DNA from: an uncultured Candidatus Saccharibacteria bacterium
Lineage (GTDB): Bacteria; Patescibacteriota; SICC01
Direction: 5' to 3'
Assembly (NCBI GenBank): GCA_964476895.1
Contig: CAYZCS010000002.1
Coordinates: 1 to 54,187 of the forward strand
Length of the DNA stretch: 54,187 nt
Below the pieces are notes generated by a model, which had not been told where the DNA came from, did no database searches, and was given only the letters and a program-made list of their open reading frames with translations. Position 1 is the first letter of the stretch, and every line of letters begins with the position of its first letter. Shown here piece after piece: positions 33,764 to 43,421 of the stretch. A program made the position numbers and the translations under genes.

Positions 33764-34798
33764 TTACCGTGCGTTCGGCAACAGTTCGGGTCCCGCGATC
33801 GCGCCGAACAACACGCCCACGACGAGGGCACCGAGCACCATCAGGATGATCAGCAGGCTTTTGACGGAAGCCGAGGCGTAACTGGCGTAGGCCGCCAGGT
33901 TCGGAGGTTTGATCGAACCGACGATCATGCCGAGCGCGAATCCTGTCAGCACGGCCCAGCCGAACGCCTCACCCCTGCCCGCGATCGCCAGGACGCCGCC
34001 CAGTCCCACGCCGAGCGCCGCGCCGAGCGCGCCGACTTCGGCCCCGCGGAGCAGCGTGTAAAACAGGTTGAACCGGCCCTGCCCGCTCCGGAGCTTCTCG
34101 ACGGTATCGCCGTCGGATCCGGCCACGGCGCCGGCCAGGACGCCGAGCAGGATCAGGGACACGGTGAAGATACCCGTCCCGGCCGCGGCGTCGATCGTAC
34201 CGCCGAGCAGGCCGCCGTAGTAGGCGAGACCGAGGCTCATCAGGATCGTCCGGGCCAGCGTGTAGCTCCGGCCCAGCCAGCCGGTACCGAGGAACGTCTC
34301 GACCTTGAAATTATAGTCCGCTCCCCAAAGCAATCCCACGACCAGTCCCGGTATGGCGCCCAGGACGCCGGCGGACGGATCGATCCGGGTGGCGGTGAGG
34401 TATTCGAGCGAAAGGGCGAGCAGGCCGCCGACCAAGGCCGCGATCAGTCCCCAGGCTATCGTCCGCATGAGTGCCGCACGGATCAGCGCCTGCCGGTAGG
34501 GCCCCTGTGCCGCGGCAGCCTCTGCCTGTGACGCACCCGGGCGCGCGGCACCGGCGCCGGACACACCACCGCCTCGTACGCCGGGATCCGCGATCTGCTG
34601 GTCGTAGTCGGCGCGCTTCAACGAATCGGACAGCGTGCCATACGCTTCGTTAATCCGCTTGAACTGCTCTTCCGCCTGATCGCCCTTGTTGACGTCCGGA
34701 TGATACTCCCGGGCCAACGTCCGGTATGCGCGTTTGATTTCCTCCGCGGTCGCCGTCCGGGACACGCCGAGGACGTCATAGTAGGTCTCTTTGGACAT
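33764..34798 (-). CDS. membrane-embedded J-domain protein
   Basis: N-terminal J domain ([32 protein letters not shown]) followed by ~250 aa of Gly/Ala-rich predicted TM helices. Confidence 0.8.
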   Translation of the reverse strand: MSKETYYDVLGVSRTATAEEIKRAYRTLAREYHPDVNKGDQAEEQFKRINEAYGTLSDSLKRADYDQQIADPGVRGGGVSGAGAARPGASQAEAAAAQGPYRQALIRAALMRTIAWGLIAALVGGLLALSLEYLTATRIDPSAGVLGAIPGLVVGLLWGADYNFKVETFLGTGWLGRSYTLARTILMSLGLAYYGGLLGGTIDAAAGTGIFTVSLILLGVLAGAVAGSDGDTVEKLRSGQGRFNLFYTLLRGAEVGALGAALGVGLGGVLAIAGRGEAFGWAVLTGFALGMIVGSIKPPNLAAYASYASASVKSLLIILMVLGALVVGVLFGAIAGPELLPNAR

Positions 34799-34807
34799 GC
34801 TTCTAGC

Positions 34808-35494
34808 CTACTGTCCCGCGGACATCCGGTACACCAGCGCCGTCCGGAATCCGTCCCGACCGCCGCTCACCTGATGTAGCGGCCGCCCGTCGGGAACCCC
34901 GTCGAAGCCGGGCGCCCGCAATAGGACAAGGTCTCCGGGGCCGGTCTGCCAGCTTTCCAGCAACGGTGCTTGCAGTCGCGCTGCGAGCACCTGGTCATCC
35001 GGAAGTTCATGCTGCGGATCCGGATCTTCGACGATCGAGAACGTGGCCGATCCCTCCAGGGTCAGTGAGGCAACCAAGAAGCCGTAGCGCTTCTCGTCGT
35101 AGTGCGGCGTAATGCCAACATCCCCCGGCGGGTAACGATGGACCGACACATGGTCGGGCACGTACCGTTCGCTTCCCGTAATCGGCGGCTCCGCGGTCCG
35201 GTAAATGTCTGTCAGCCGCCGTCCGACCGATTCCAATAGGGGATATCCGCTAAACGGAGGGGTCACCACGTAACTGGCGATCCGTTGTTCCGCTTTCAGA
35301 TACCGCTGTTCCTGCCACTCGAATTCCGACCCGGACACTTCCGTCCGTAACGCATCGACCGTCGCCGCATCCAGAAAGCCCGGCACGAATGCTCCGCCGC
35401 GCTCCCGGACTTCTGCCAACGCATGGCGGATCTCCGTTTCCGGCGCTCGTTCCGCCGGTACGCCGGTCTCGGGATAATCATCGGGTCGTTTCAT
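34808..35494 (-). CDS. 2OG-Fe(II)-oxygenase-like protein
   Basis: ITPHYD (HxD) and downstream PLHQV. The ATG at 35494 is preceded by AAGGAGG. It overlaps the folE stop by 17 nt. Confidence 0.5.
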   Translation of the reverse strand: MKRPDDYPETGVPAERAPETEIRHALAEVRERGGAFVPGFLDAATVDALRTEVSGSEFEWQEQRYLKAEQRIASYVVTPPFSGYPLLESVGRRLTDIYRTAEPPITGSERYVPDHVSVHRYPPGDVGITPHYDEKRYGFLVASLTLEGSATFSIVEDPDPQHELPDDQVLAARLQAPLLESWQTGPGDLVLLRAPGFDGVPDGRPLHQVSGGRDGFRTALVYRMSAGQ

Positions 35495-35903
35495 GTTCCT
35501 CCTTACTGGTTCCAACGGTTATGGTCCGTACTCCGGACTGTTGCACGCCGCGCATCCGCATGCAGAAATGCTCCGCCGTGACGGTGACCGATAGCTCCCG
35601 GGGCGCGAGGATACCCTCGAGTGCGTCGACCACCTGCTGGGTCAGGCGTTCCTGGGTCTGCGCGCGTCTGGCGAAAGCCGATACGACCCGGGAGAACTTG
35701 GATAGCCCGAGGACACGACCTGACGGCACGTATCGCACCGTGACGTCGCCCGTGAACGGCAGGAAGTGATGCCGACAAAGGCTGCTGAACGGAATCGGCC
35801 CGATCGTGAGCACGCCTCCGAAACCGTCCGACGGAAACGTCCGGGACAAGCCGGCCACGTCCACTCCATAGCCCGACAGGAGTTCACGATATGAGTCCGC
35901 CAC
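35478..35903 (-). CDS. folE: GTP cyclohydrolase I (FolE type), start codon problematic
   Basis: CRHHFLPF, VLGLSKFSRVV, RRAQTQERLT and AEHFCMRMRGV motifs. The first canonical start (GTG 35903) lies inside conserved N-terminal sequence that continues in frame up to 36032. Confidence 0.75.
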   Translation of the reverse strand: MADSYRELLSGYGVDVAGLSRTFPSDGFGGVLTIGPIPFSSLCRHHFLPFTGDVTVRYVPSGRVLGLSKFSRVVSAFARRAQTQERLTQQVVDALEGILAPRELSVTVTAEHFCMRMRGVQQSGVRTITVGTSKEEHETTR

Positions 35904-36041
35904 GCGGGTCGGCGTGGCGGAGAGAAGTTCGGAATGGGGCAGGCCGGAACGGCGGAGGACTTCGGTGACGAGTTCCTCGGTGGTATGCGCTACGAGGCTG
36001 GTAGATGCGTACCCATTGAAAGTACGTTCAGTCTAACACCC

Positions 36042-36671
36042 TCATGGCCGTTTGACTTCCCGTTTGAAGTCCACGCCGCCGGAATCCGCGTTCACGTAAA
36101 TCTCGAGCCGGAGATCGCTGCCGTCTCCGGTCTCATACCGGAAGTACCACTGGAGCGGGTAGGCTCCCATCTTCGAGAGCTGCTGGAGGACCGTATACCC
36201 GGCCAGGTGCGCTTCGCGGAACGACTCGCCGCCCGCTTCCTCGGCGATCCGGAGCGCCTCGTCCGGCGGTACCTTCCAGGCGGCCACGTCGATCGGATTG
36301 AAAAGCAGTTCGAACGGCTGCTTCTCGACCGTCCGGTCGGATACGTCGTCCCCCTGGAACTCGACTTCGAACGTCGAGCGGGGTTCGGCCAGCGACGAGA
36401 ATGCGTAGATGACCGGCGTGGGGGCGGCCGGGGCCAGTGTGCCGCTGAAGCGCCGGTACACCCGGGCCAGCTCCGCGTTCTCCTGCCACTGCTTGGCGCG
36501 CTCCAGGGCCTCGGTGTACCGGCCCTTGGCTTCGTCGATCGGGCTAGGGGTCTCTGAAACCGCGGGGGTCGGCGTGGGTTCCGGCTTGCTGTCGCAACCG
36601 GCGATACCCAGCACGGCGCCGGTGATTACCAGGAGCGCCGCGGTGTTTCCGAGTTTGCGCACTATTCGCAT
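36042..36671 (-). CDS. lipoprotein of unknown function
   Basis: Signal peptide with lipobox LGIAGC, then a Pro/Thr-rich linker. Confidence 0.7.
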   Translation of the reverse strand: MRIVRKLGNTAALLVITGAVLGIAGCDSKPEPTPTPAVSETPSPIDEAKGRYTEALERAKQWQENAELARVYRRFSGTLAPAAPTPVIYAFSSLAEPRSTFEVEFQGDDVSDRTVEKQPFELLFNPIDVAAWKVPPDEALRIAEEAGGESFREAHLAGYTVLQQLSKMGAYPLQWYFRYETGDGSDLRLEIYVNADSGGVDFKREVKRP

Positions 36672-36734
36672 GCGACCATCGTACCGTGCAGCCCGGCGCC
36701 TCGCGAGGTACCGGGCTGCTTGCTCCGTCTTCGG

Positions 36735-38741
36735 CTACTTCTTCCCGTCGTCGCCGGAAGCGTCGGACTGCTCCGAATCGTCCTTCGATTCTGCTCCACC
36801 GTCCGTCCCGCCGCTCGCCGATTCTGCGTCGCCCGCGGTGTCGTCGCCGGATGAATCAGACTGGTCGGCGGTCGTGGTGTAGTCGACGCCTTCGTCCTCG
36901 CCGCCGGACTGGTCAGGGCCGCCCTGCTCCGTACCGCCATCCTGTTGGTACATCGCCGCGCCGATCTTCTGGATCGCTTCCGAAAGCTCGTCCGTCTTCT
37001 GCTTGATCACATCGAGATCGTCAGCACCCATCGCTTCGCGGAGCGCCTTGATCTTCTCATCGACGTCCTGCTTGTCCGACTCGGTGACCTTGTCGCCCGC
37101 ATCCTTCAGCGTCTTCTCGCTGGTGTAGATCAGGTTGTCCGCGGCGTTGCGGGCCTCGATCAGGCCGGCGCGCTTCTGGTCTTCCGCCTCGTGTTCCTGC
37201 GCTTCCTTCCGCATCTTCTCGACCTCCGCGTCGGACAGGCCGCTGGACCCCTGGATCGTGATCTTCTGTTCCTTGCCGGTGCCCTTGTCCTTGGCCGAGA
37301 CGTTCAGGATGCCGTTGGCATCGATGTCGAACGTCACCTCGATCTGCGGCACGCCGCGCGGCGCCGGCGGGATGCCGTCGAGCACGAACCGGCCGAGCGA
37401 CTTGTTGTGCCCCGCCATCGGCCGTTCGCCCTGGACCACGTGCACGTCCACCGAACCCTGGTTGTCCGCCGCCGTCGAGAAGACCTGGCTCTTGCTGGTC
37501 GGAACCGTGGTGTTCCGCGGGATCAGCGGCGTGGCTACGCCGCCAAGCGTCTCCAGGCCGAGCGTGAGCGGCGTGACGTCGAGTAGGAGCAGGTCCTTCA
37601 CGTCGCCGGAGAGCACGCCGCCCTGGATCGCCGCGCCGAGCGCGACCGCTTCGTCGGGGTTCACATTCTGGTTCGGTTCCTTGTCGAAGGTCTCCTTCAC
37701 CGCGGCCTGTACCGCCGGCATCCGCGTCATGCCGCCGACGAGGATCACCTCATCGATATCCGACGTCTTGAGCCCCGCATCCTCCAGCGCCTTCTGGCAG
37801 GGCTGCTTGGTCCGGCCGATCAGGTCGCTGGTCAGCTGTTCGAGCTTGGCCCGGGTCATCGTCAGGTTCAGGTGCTTGGGGCCGGAGTCGTCCGCGCTGA
37901 TGAACGGAATGTTGATCTCCGACTCGCCGGTGGTGGAAAGCTCGATCTTCGCCTTCTCCGCCGCCTCCTTGAGCCGCTGGAGCGCCTGGCGGTCCGTGGA
38001 GAGGTCCACGCCCTGGTCTTTCTTGAACTCAGCCACCAGGTGGTCGATGATCGCCTGGTCGAAGTCGTCGCCGCCGAGGTGCGTGTCACCGTTGGTGGAC
38101 TTCACCTCGAACACGCCGTCGCCGAGTTCCAGGATCGTGATGTCGAACGTGCCGCCGCCGAGGTCGAAGACGGCGATCTTCTCATCCTTTTTCTTGTCGA
38201 GACCGTACGCCAGCGAGCTCGCGGTCGGTTCGTTGATGATCCGCTTCACGTTCACGCCGGCGATCTTGCCGGCATCCTTGGTCGCGTTCCGCTGCGAATC
38301 GTTGAAGTAGGCCGGCACGGTGATCACCACGTCGGTGATTTTCTCACCGAGGAACGTCTCCGCGTCCGCCTTTATCTTCTGGAGGATCATCGCCGAGATC
38401 TCCGGCGGCGTGTAGGACTTCTCTCCCATCCGCACCTTCACCTCGCCGTGCGGGCCCTCTTCGAGCGCGTACGGAAGCAGCTTGGCTTCCTTCTGGACGA
38501 TCGGGTCCTTGAACTTGCGGCCCATCAGCCGCTTCACCGAGAAGATCGTGTGCTCGGGATTGGTGACCTGTTGCCGTCGCGCCACCTGGCCGACCAGGCG
38601 CTCCTTGTTCTTGCCGAGCGCCACGACCGACGGGGTCAGCCGGCCACCCTCCTTGTTCGTGACGATCTTGGCCTCTCCGCCCTCCAGGACGGCCGCGGCC
38701 GAGTTGGTGGTACCGAGATCGATACCGATAATCTTACTCAT
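36735..38741 (-). CDS. dnaK: molecular chaperone DnaK with an acidic Ser/Asp/Gly-rich C-terminal tail
   Basis: [19 protein letters not shown] and [11 protein letters not shown] motifs. Confidence 0.98.
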   Translation of the reverse strand: MSKIIGIDLGTTNSAAAVLEGGEAKIVTNKEGGRLTPSVVALGKNKERLVGQVARRQQVTNPEHTIFSVKRLMGRKFKDPIVQKEAKLLPYALEEGPHGEVKVRMGEKSYTPPEISAMILQKIKADAETFLGEKITDVVITVPAYFNDSQRNATKDAGKIAGVNVKRIINEPTASSLAYGLDKKKDEKIAVFDLGGGTFDITILELGDGVFEVKSTNGDTHLGGDDFDQAIIDHLVAEFKKDQGVDLSTDRQALQRLKEAAEKAKIELSTTGESEINIPFISADDSGPKHLNLTMTRAKLEQLTSDLIGRTKQPCQKALEDAGLKTSDIDEVILVGGMTRMPAVQAAVKETFDKEPNQNVNPDEAVALGAAIQGGVLSGDVKDLLLLDVTPLTLGLETLGGVATPLIPRNTTVPTSKSQVFSTAADNQGSVDVHVVQGERPMAGHNKSLGRFVLDGIPPAPRGVPQIEVTFDIDANGILNVSAKDKGTGKEQKITIQGSSGLSDAEVEKMRKEAQEHEAEDQKRAGLIEARNAADNLIYTSEKTLKDAGDKVTESDKQDVDEKIKALREAMGADDLDVIKQKTDELSEAIQKIGAAMYQQDGGTEQGGPDQSGGEDEGVDYTTTADQSDSSGDDTAGDAESASGGTDGGAESKDDSEQSDASGDDGKK

Positions 38742-39381
38742 GGGATTTCTCCTTTCCGCTTGATACTTGTACTTTCGCCGGCCGGACGACCGTGTCGCCC
38801 ATCCGGTAACCTGCTTCGAGCTCCTTCGAGACCGTGTCCTTCCCGAATTCGTCGCTGGGTTCGTGCGATAACGCCTCGTGCAGCTCGGGGTCGAACGGCT
38901 GGCCGACCGCCTCGATCCGTTCGATCCCGAGTTCCGCGAGCATGTCCGCGAATTGCTTCCGGATGCCTTCGATACCCACGTACCAGGGGTCTTCCTTGAC
39001 CGCCTCCGGCACGTGTTCCGCGGCCCGGTCGAAGTTATCGATCACCGGCAGGAGCTTGAGCGCCAGGTCGGTGCGGGCCAATGCCGCCACTTCCAGCCGC
39101 TCCTCCTCGGTCCGCCGCCGGAAGTTGCTGAAGTCGGCCTGGAGCCGGGCCATCTGCGCCCTGAGCGCGTCCGCCTCACCGGGACGGTCGGCGGTGGAAC
39201 CGGCTGCCGGAGTATCGGCTTCGCCGGCTTGGCGCGCCTTTGGTTCGTCGGAGCCCTTCGGGGGCTTCCGCTCCAGCCGCTCCTTCTTCCGGATCGTCAC
39301 TTTCGGATTCCCGCCCTGATCCCGTCCGGCATCCGGTTGCCGGTCCTTCGGTGCGTCCCGCTTCGGTTTATCCGTAGACAC
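38734..39381 (-). CDS. grpE: nucleotide exchange factor GrpE
   Basis: Coiled-coil region [15 protein letters not shown] and a C-terminal beta domain [14 protein letters not shown]. 8-nt overlap with dnaK. Confidence 0.93.
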   Translation of the reverse strand: MSTDKPKRDAPKDRQPDAGRDQGGNPKVTIRKKERLERKPPKGSDEPKARQAGEADTPAAGSTADRPGEADALRAQMARLQADFSNFRRRTEEERLEVAALARTDLALKLLPVIDNFDRAAEHVPEAVKEDPWYVGIEGIRKQFADMLAELGIERIEAVGQPFDPELHEALSHEPSDEFGKDTVSKELEAGYRMGDTVVRPAKVQVSSGKEKSHE

Positions 39382-40072
39382 GGGCCATCTCCTTCCTGCC
39401 GTAATCGAACAGCCGGCTCAGCCGCTGGTACGGCATGCGGGTCGATCCGATCACGCCGATGCGTGCTTCGTACGTGTCCGCCGGCTTCACCTTGAGGCCC
39501 ATCATCGCCACGGCCCGGGCCCGGAAGTCCTCGTGCTCGGCGCCGATCCGGACACCCACCTGGTTCATGCGGGAGGCCAGCTTCGGCAGCCAGTCCTTCA
39601 CCCGGTCCAGCAGTTCCGCGAGGTATGACGCCACGCGCGGATCCTCGAACTCCGGCTGGCCGAAGACGTTGGCAAGGTTGAAGAGCTGCACGCCGTCTTC
39701 GTCGAGATGGATCCCGGCCGCTCCCGCGGTCTCGGACAGCTGTTCGGCGAGCTTGCGGGTCGCCCGTGCGGGCGTCCCAGCCTTCTCCAGGCGCACGGAC
39801 AGCTTCTGCTGCTCCGCGAGCGACGGTTCCGCCGTGGAAGCGCTCTCCATGACCAGCCGGAACGCACGGTCGGTCGGCACCCGGCCGGCCGATACGTGCG
39901 GTTGCTCGAGGAACCCGGCTTCCGTGAGCGCACCCATCACGTTACGGATGGTCGCCGGGGAAATGCCGAAACCATATCGCACCCGGAGCACGCGTGAGCC
40001 GACCGGCTGTGCCGAATGCAGGTATTCGTTCACGATGGCGCGAAGGATCTGGGTTTCACGGGAATTTAACAT
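39368..40072 (-). CDS. hrcA: heat-inducible transcription repressor HrcA (short form, 234 aa)
   Basis: LNSRETQILRAIVNEYLHSAQPVGSRVL wHTH N-terminus. A CIRCE element lies immediately upstream. 14-nt overlap with grpE. Confidence 0.85.
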   Translation of the reverse strand: MLNSRETQILRAIVNEYLHSAQPVGSRVLRVRYGFGISPATIRNVMGALTEAGFLEQPHVSAGRVPTDRAFRLVMESASTAEPSLAEQQKLSVRLEKAGTPARATRKLAEQLSETAGAAGIHLDEDGVQLFNLANVFGQPEFEDPRVASYLAELLDRVKDWLPKLASRMNQVGVRIGAEHEDFRARAVAMMGLKVKPADTYEARIGVIGSTRMPYQRLSRLFDYGRKEMARVYG

Positions 40073-40084
40073 ATCGCTATCATT

Positions 40085-40111
40085 TTAGCACTCATGACTA
40101 GTGAGTGCTAA
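40085..40111. promoter_or_regulatory. CIRCE operator (HrcA binding site)
   Basis: TTAGCACTC-ATGACTAGT-GAGTGCTAA is a perfect match to the TTAGCACTC-N9-GAGTGCTAA consensus. It lies 13 nt upstream of the hrcA start. Confidence 0.93.
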
Positions 40112-40251
40112 TACTCACAAAAACCGGCAGGGATGTCAAGCGACCCGGGTGTCAGCCCGATCGGTCGGTCGTCGCCGTGGTTGACGGCCAACCGAGCGTT
40201 CACGCACAATGAGACCCGTAGTAACGCTTCAAGGCAAAAGGAGGATTCACC

Positions 40252-40479
40252 ATGCCGCACCGCACCGTATTCCAATGGGGTAACGACCACGCCCATCCGT
40301 TCACGATGTTCATCGGGGGCTTCGTCGTCGGCGTGCTCGTGGCCGGCGCCGCCGCGTACGCCTGGTTCATCGTCGATGAGGTCGATGAGGTCGATGTCGA
40401 GAACGTGGTCGAGGTCCAGGCTTCGCCGGAAGTAACGGCAGCCGCCGAGGCCACGGCCAGTCCGGTCGTCCAGTTCTGA
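40252..40479 (+). CDS. 75-aa single-TM protein with an acidic DEVDEVDVENVVEV segment
   Basis: Strong SD AAAGGAGG 7 nt upstream of the ATG; a hairpin terminator lies downstream. Confidence 0.6.
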   Translation: MPHRTVFQWGNDHAHPFTMFIGGFVVGVLVAGAAAYAWFIVDEVDEVDVENVVEVQASPEVTAAAEATASPVVQF

Positions 40480-40502
40480 CGGCGCATCAACCGCGTATTT
40501 CC

Positions 40503-40526
40503 GACTAGCCCCGCAGGGGGCTAGTC
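40503..40526. terminator. bidirectional hairpin terminator (10-bp stem, 4-nt loop)
   Basis: GACTAGCCCC-GCAG-GGGGCTAGTC followed by TTGTTTG on the + strand. It sits between convergent genes and overlaps the lepA stop. Confidence 0.6.
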
Positions 40527-42323
40527 TTGTTTGAGCACCGCGACGAACGCTTCCGCCGGAATCCGGACGTTCCCCTCGGCTTTCATCCGGGCCTTTCCCT
40601 TCTTCTGCTTTTCGCGAAGCTTCCGCTTCCGGGTGACGTCACCGCCGTAGAGGCCGGCTGTCACATCTTTCTTTCGCGGCTTGATGTTCTCACGGGCGAT
40701 CACCTTGCCACCGATCGCCGCCTGCAGCGCGATCTCGAACAATGCCGGTGGAATCACTTCCTGCAGTTTCTTGAGCATGCCCCGCGCCCGGCGTTCCGCC
40801 TCATCCCGATGCACGATCACGGAGAGACCGGACACTGCGTCACCGGCGATCAGGAAGTCGATCCGCACCAACGGCGCCGCCCGGAAACCGGTGCGCTCGA
40901 ACGCCAGCGAACCGTACCCCGCGGTCACGCCCTTGAGCTGATCGTAGAAGTCGGCGACCAGGTTCGCGAGCGGAAGCTCCGCCTCCACCAGCACGCGGTC
41001 GCTGCTCGCGAACGACGTGCCGACGAACGCTCCGCGGCGATCGGCAATCAACTGCTGGACCGCGCCGAGGTCCTGCCCGCGGCAGACGACCTCCAGTTTC
41101 GCCCAAGGCTCACGGGTCTCCGCGATCTTGGTGGGATCGGGCAGTTCCGCCGGATCGGTGACGGTCTCCGTACTACCGTCGGTGAGCCGTACCTCGTACG
41201 GCACCGTCGGGGCGGTCACTACCAGGTCGAGCCCGAATTCACGGGTCAGCCGCTCGCGGATGATGTCGAGGTGGAGCAGCCCCAGGAACCCGCAGCGGAA
41301 CCCCTGCCCGAGCGCCTGCGACTGCACCGGCTCAAAAGTGAACGACGCGTCATGGAGCGAGAGCCGATCCAGCGCGTCCCGAAGCTTGGCGAACTCACTG
41401 CCGCTCTGCACGAACAGCCCGGCGAACACCATCGGAGCCACCACCTGGTACCCGGGAAGCGGCTGCTGCGCCGGCGCACCGGCCGCGGTGATAGTATCGC
41501 CCACCCGGACCTGCGAAAGGTCCTTGAGCCCGGTCACCATGAACCCGATGCTGCCGGTGGCCAGTCGTGACAGCTTCTTCCGTTCCGGGATCAGCACGCC
41601 GACCTCCTGCGCCTCGCCGCCGCGTCCGGCGGCCATCAGGCGGACCGGGAGACGCGCGGGCAGTTCGCCGTCGACCACCCGGACATACGCGATCACGCCC
41701 TGGTAGGAATCGAAGTAGGAGTCGAACACCAGGGCGCGGAGAGGCGCGGCGGGATCGCCGGTCGGCGGCGGGACACGGTCACGGATCACCTCGAGCAACT
41801 CCGGCACGCCGTCGCCGGTCTTGGCCGAGACGAACAGCACGTCGTCCTCCGGCAGCTCCAGTGTTTCCGCCACCGCCTTGGCGGTATCCTCCGGCTCGGC
41901 CGCCGGCAGGTCGATCTTGTTGATGACGGGAATCACCCGGAGCCCCTGCTCCTTGGCCTGCAGGGCGTGGGCGATCGTCTGGGCCTGGATGCCCTGGGTG
42001 GCATCCACCAGGAGCAACGCGCCCTCGCAAGCCGAGAGCGTCCGCGAGACTTCATACGAGAAGTCCACGTGGCCGGGCGTATCGATCAGGTTCAGCTCCA
42101 GCTCCTCCGCAGCCGGCGTGCCGGACGGTCTCCAGTGCATCGTCACCGGCTGGAGCTTGATCGTAATACCGCGCTCGCGCTCCAAGTCCATCGAATCGAG
42201 GAGCTGTTCGCGCATGTCCCGCCGCTCGATCGTGCCGGTATGTTCCAACAGCCGGTCGGCCAGCGTGGATTTGCCATGGTCGATGTGGGCGATGATGCAG
42301 AAGTTTCGGATATGCGATTGCAT
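40521..42323 (-). CDS. lepA: translation elongation factor 4 (LepA)
   Basis: IRNFCIIAHIDHGKSTLADRLL, DTPGHVDF and the LepA C-terminal domain; 600 aa. Confidence 0.97.
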   Translation of the reverse strand: MQSHIRNFCIIAHIDHGKSTLADRLLEHTGTIERRDMREQLLDSMDLERERGITIKLQPVTMHWRPSGTPAAEELELNLIDTPGHVDFSYEVSRTLSACEGALLLVDATQGIQAQTIAHALQAKEQGLRVIPVINKIDLPAAEPEDTAKAVAETLELPEDDVLFVSAKTGDGVPELLEVIRDRVPPPTGDPAAPLRALVFDSYFDSYQGVIAYVRVVDGELPARLPVRLMAAGRGGEAQEVGVLIPERKKLSRLATGSIGFMVTGLKDLSQVRVGDTITAAGAPAQQPLPGYQVVAPMVFAGLFVQSGSEFAKLRDALDRLSLHDASFTFEPVQSQALGQGFRCGFLGLLHLDIIRERLTREFGLDLVVTAPTVPYEVRLTDGSTETVTDPAELPDPTKIAETREPWAKLEVVCRGQDLGAVQQLIADRRGAFVGTSFASSDRVLVEAELPLANLVADFYDQLKGVTAGYGSLAFERTGFRAAPLVRIDFLIAGDAVSGLSVIVHRDEAERRARGMLKKLQEVIPPALFEIALQAAIGGKVIARENIKPRKKDVTAGLYGGDVTRKRKLREKQKKGKARMKAEGNVRIPAEAFVAVLKQD

Positions 42324-42346
42324 ACTCCCCAGTATAGCCGTCCGTG

Positions 42347-42375
42347 TTCATGAATCTTGTCCATTCGGCTATACT
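42347..42375 (+). promoter_or_regulatory. candidate sigma-70-type promoter for the pseudopilin operon
   Basis: TTCATG, a 17-nt spacer, then TATACT, ending 28 nt upstream of the pilin ATG at 42404. Confidence 0.3.
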
Positions 42376-42403
42376 GACGCGTGAAACGACCGTAAAAACG
42401 AAC

Positions 42404-42907
42404 ATGCACTTCTTGAGGCGATACTGCCTGCCCCCGGCCCAGCGCGGATTCACGTTGGTGGAAGCGATCGTGGTCCTGGCCATCGTCGGCATCGCCGCCA
42501 CCGCGACGTTCATGCTGGTCGGGCAGGACCGCGGCCCGCGGTTCAACGGCGAGGTCGAGGAGACCGTGGCCGAGCTCAAGCGGATGCAGGGAGACGCCCG
42601 CGCCGCCAAGGACAACAAGGAGTACGGGGTCTGCTTCGATGCGGACGGCTGGACGTCTTACGCACAGGATATGAACGATACTACTGATCCGTGCGCGAGC
42701 GGATTCGCCGGGACGATCCGGAGCGAAGAATTCTCCGTGGCCAGCCTGGTGGTGGACCTGACGCCGGCGGCAAATCGCGTGACCTTCGAACGGATCACCG
42801 GCAAGCCCACGAACGGCACGTCGGGCACCCTGACGTTCAGCAGTACCGACCCGCAGCGAAACCGTACCGTCCGGATCGAGTCCTCGGGGGTGATCAATGC
42901 GGAGTAG
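42404..42907 (+). CDS. type IV pilin-like protein (prepilin N-terminal methylation motif)
   Basis: QRGFTLVEAIVVLAIVGIAA class III signal sequence. ATG at 42404 within the longer track ORF. Confidence 0.8.
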   Translation: MHFLRRYCLPPAQRGFTLVEAIVVLAIVGIAATATFMLVGQDRGPRFNGEVEETVAELKRMQGDARAAKDNKEYGVCFDADGWTSYAQDMNDTTDPCASGFAGTIRSEEFSVASLVVDLTPAANRVTFERITGKPTNGTSGTLTFSSTDPQRNRTVRIESSGVINAE

Positions 42908-43421
42908 CATCGGCACCGGACAGCGCGGATTCACGTTGGTGGAAGCCGTCGTCGCGATGACGGTGTTCGTGATCGGCGTGGTGGCGCTCGTGCAGATCAC
43001 CCTGCTCGCCAAGTCCACCTCGGAAGAGGGGCGCGACACCGTCCAGGCGGTGAACTACCTGCAGGAAGGCATCGAGGCGGTCCGGAGCATCCGTGACCAC
43101 GATTGGGAGCTGGTCGCCGCGCCTGCTCCGGATACGGACTACCGGCTGCATGCCCAGCCCGGCACGGCACCGCCGTGGACCCTGACCGAGGGCAGCGAGA
43201 CCATCGAGAAGTATGCCCGCACCATCCGGTTCGAGGATGTCCGTCGCGAGGATAGCGACGGATCCGGTACCCTGACCGCCGGAGACCGAATCTGTACCGG
43301 CAGCAACTGCGGCCAGTTCGATGATCCGGACACCCGCCGCACCACCGTGACCGTTACCTGGGAACAGGGAAACCGGACCGTCACCCGCTCGCTGTACGCC
43401 TATCTCACCAACTGGCAATGA
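42897..43421 (+). CDS. type IV minor pilin / pseudopilin (PilV/GspI-like)
   Basis: QRGFTLVEAVVAMTVFVIGVVAL. It overlaps the upstream gene by 11 nt. Confidence 0.75.
   Translation: MRSSIGTGQRGFTLVEAVVAMTVFVIGVVALVQITLLAKSTSEEGRDTVQAVNYLQEGIEAVRSIRDHDWELVAAPAPDTDYRLHAQPGTAPPWTLTEGSETIEKYARTIRFEDVRREDSDGSGTLTAGDRICTGSNCGQFDDPDTRRTTVTVTWEQGNRTVTRSLYAYLTNWQ

Noticed and set aside
32441-34531. 696-aa plus-strand ORF, the longest unassigned ORF in the track
   Set aside because: It is entirely antisense to dnaJ and the membrane J-protein gene, which have unmistakable motifs. It is Arg/Ala/Gly-rich and low in complexity, typical of shadow ORFs in high-G+C DNA.
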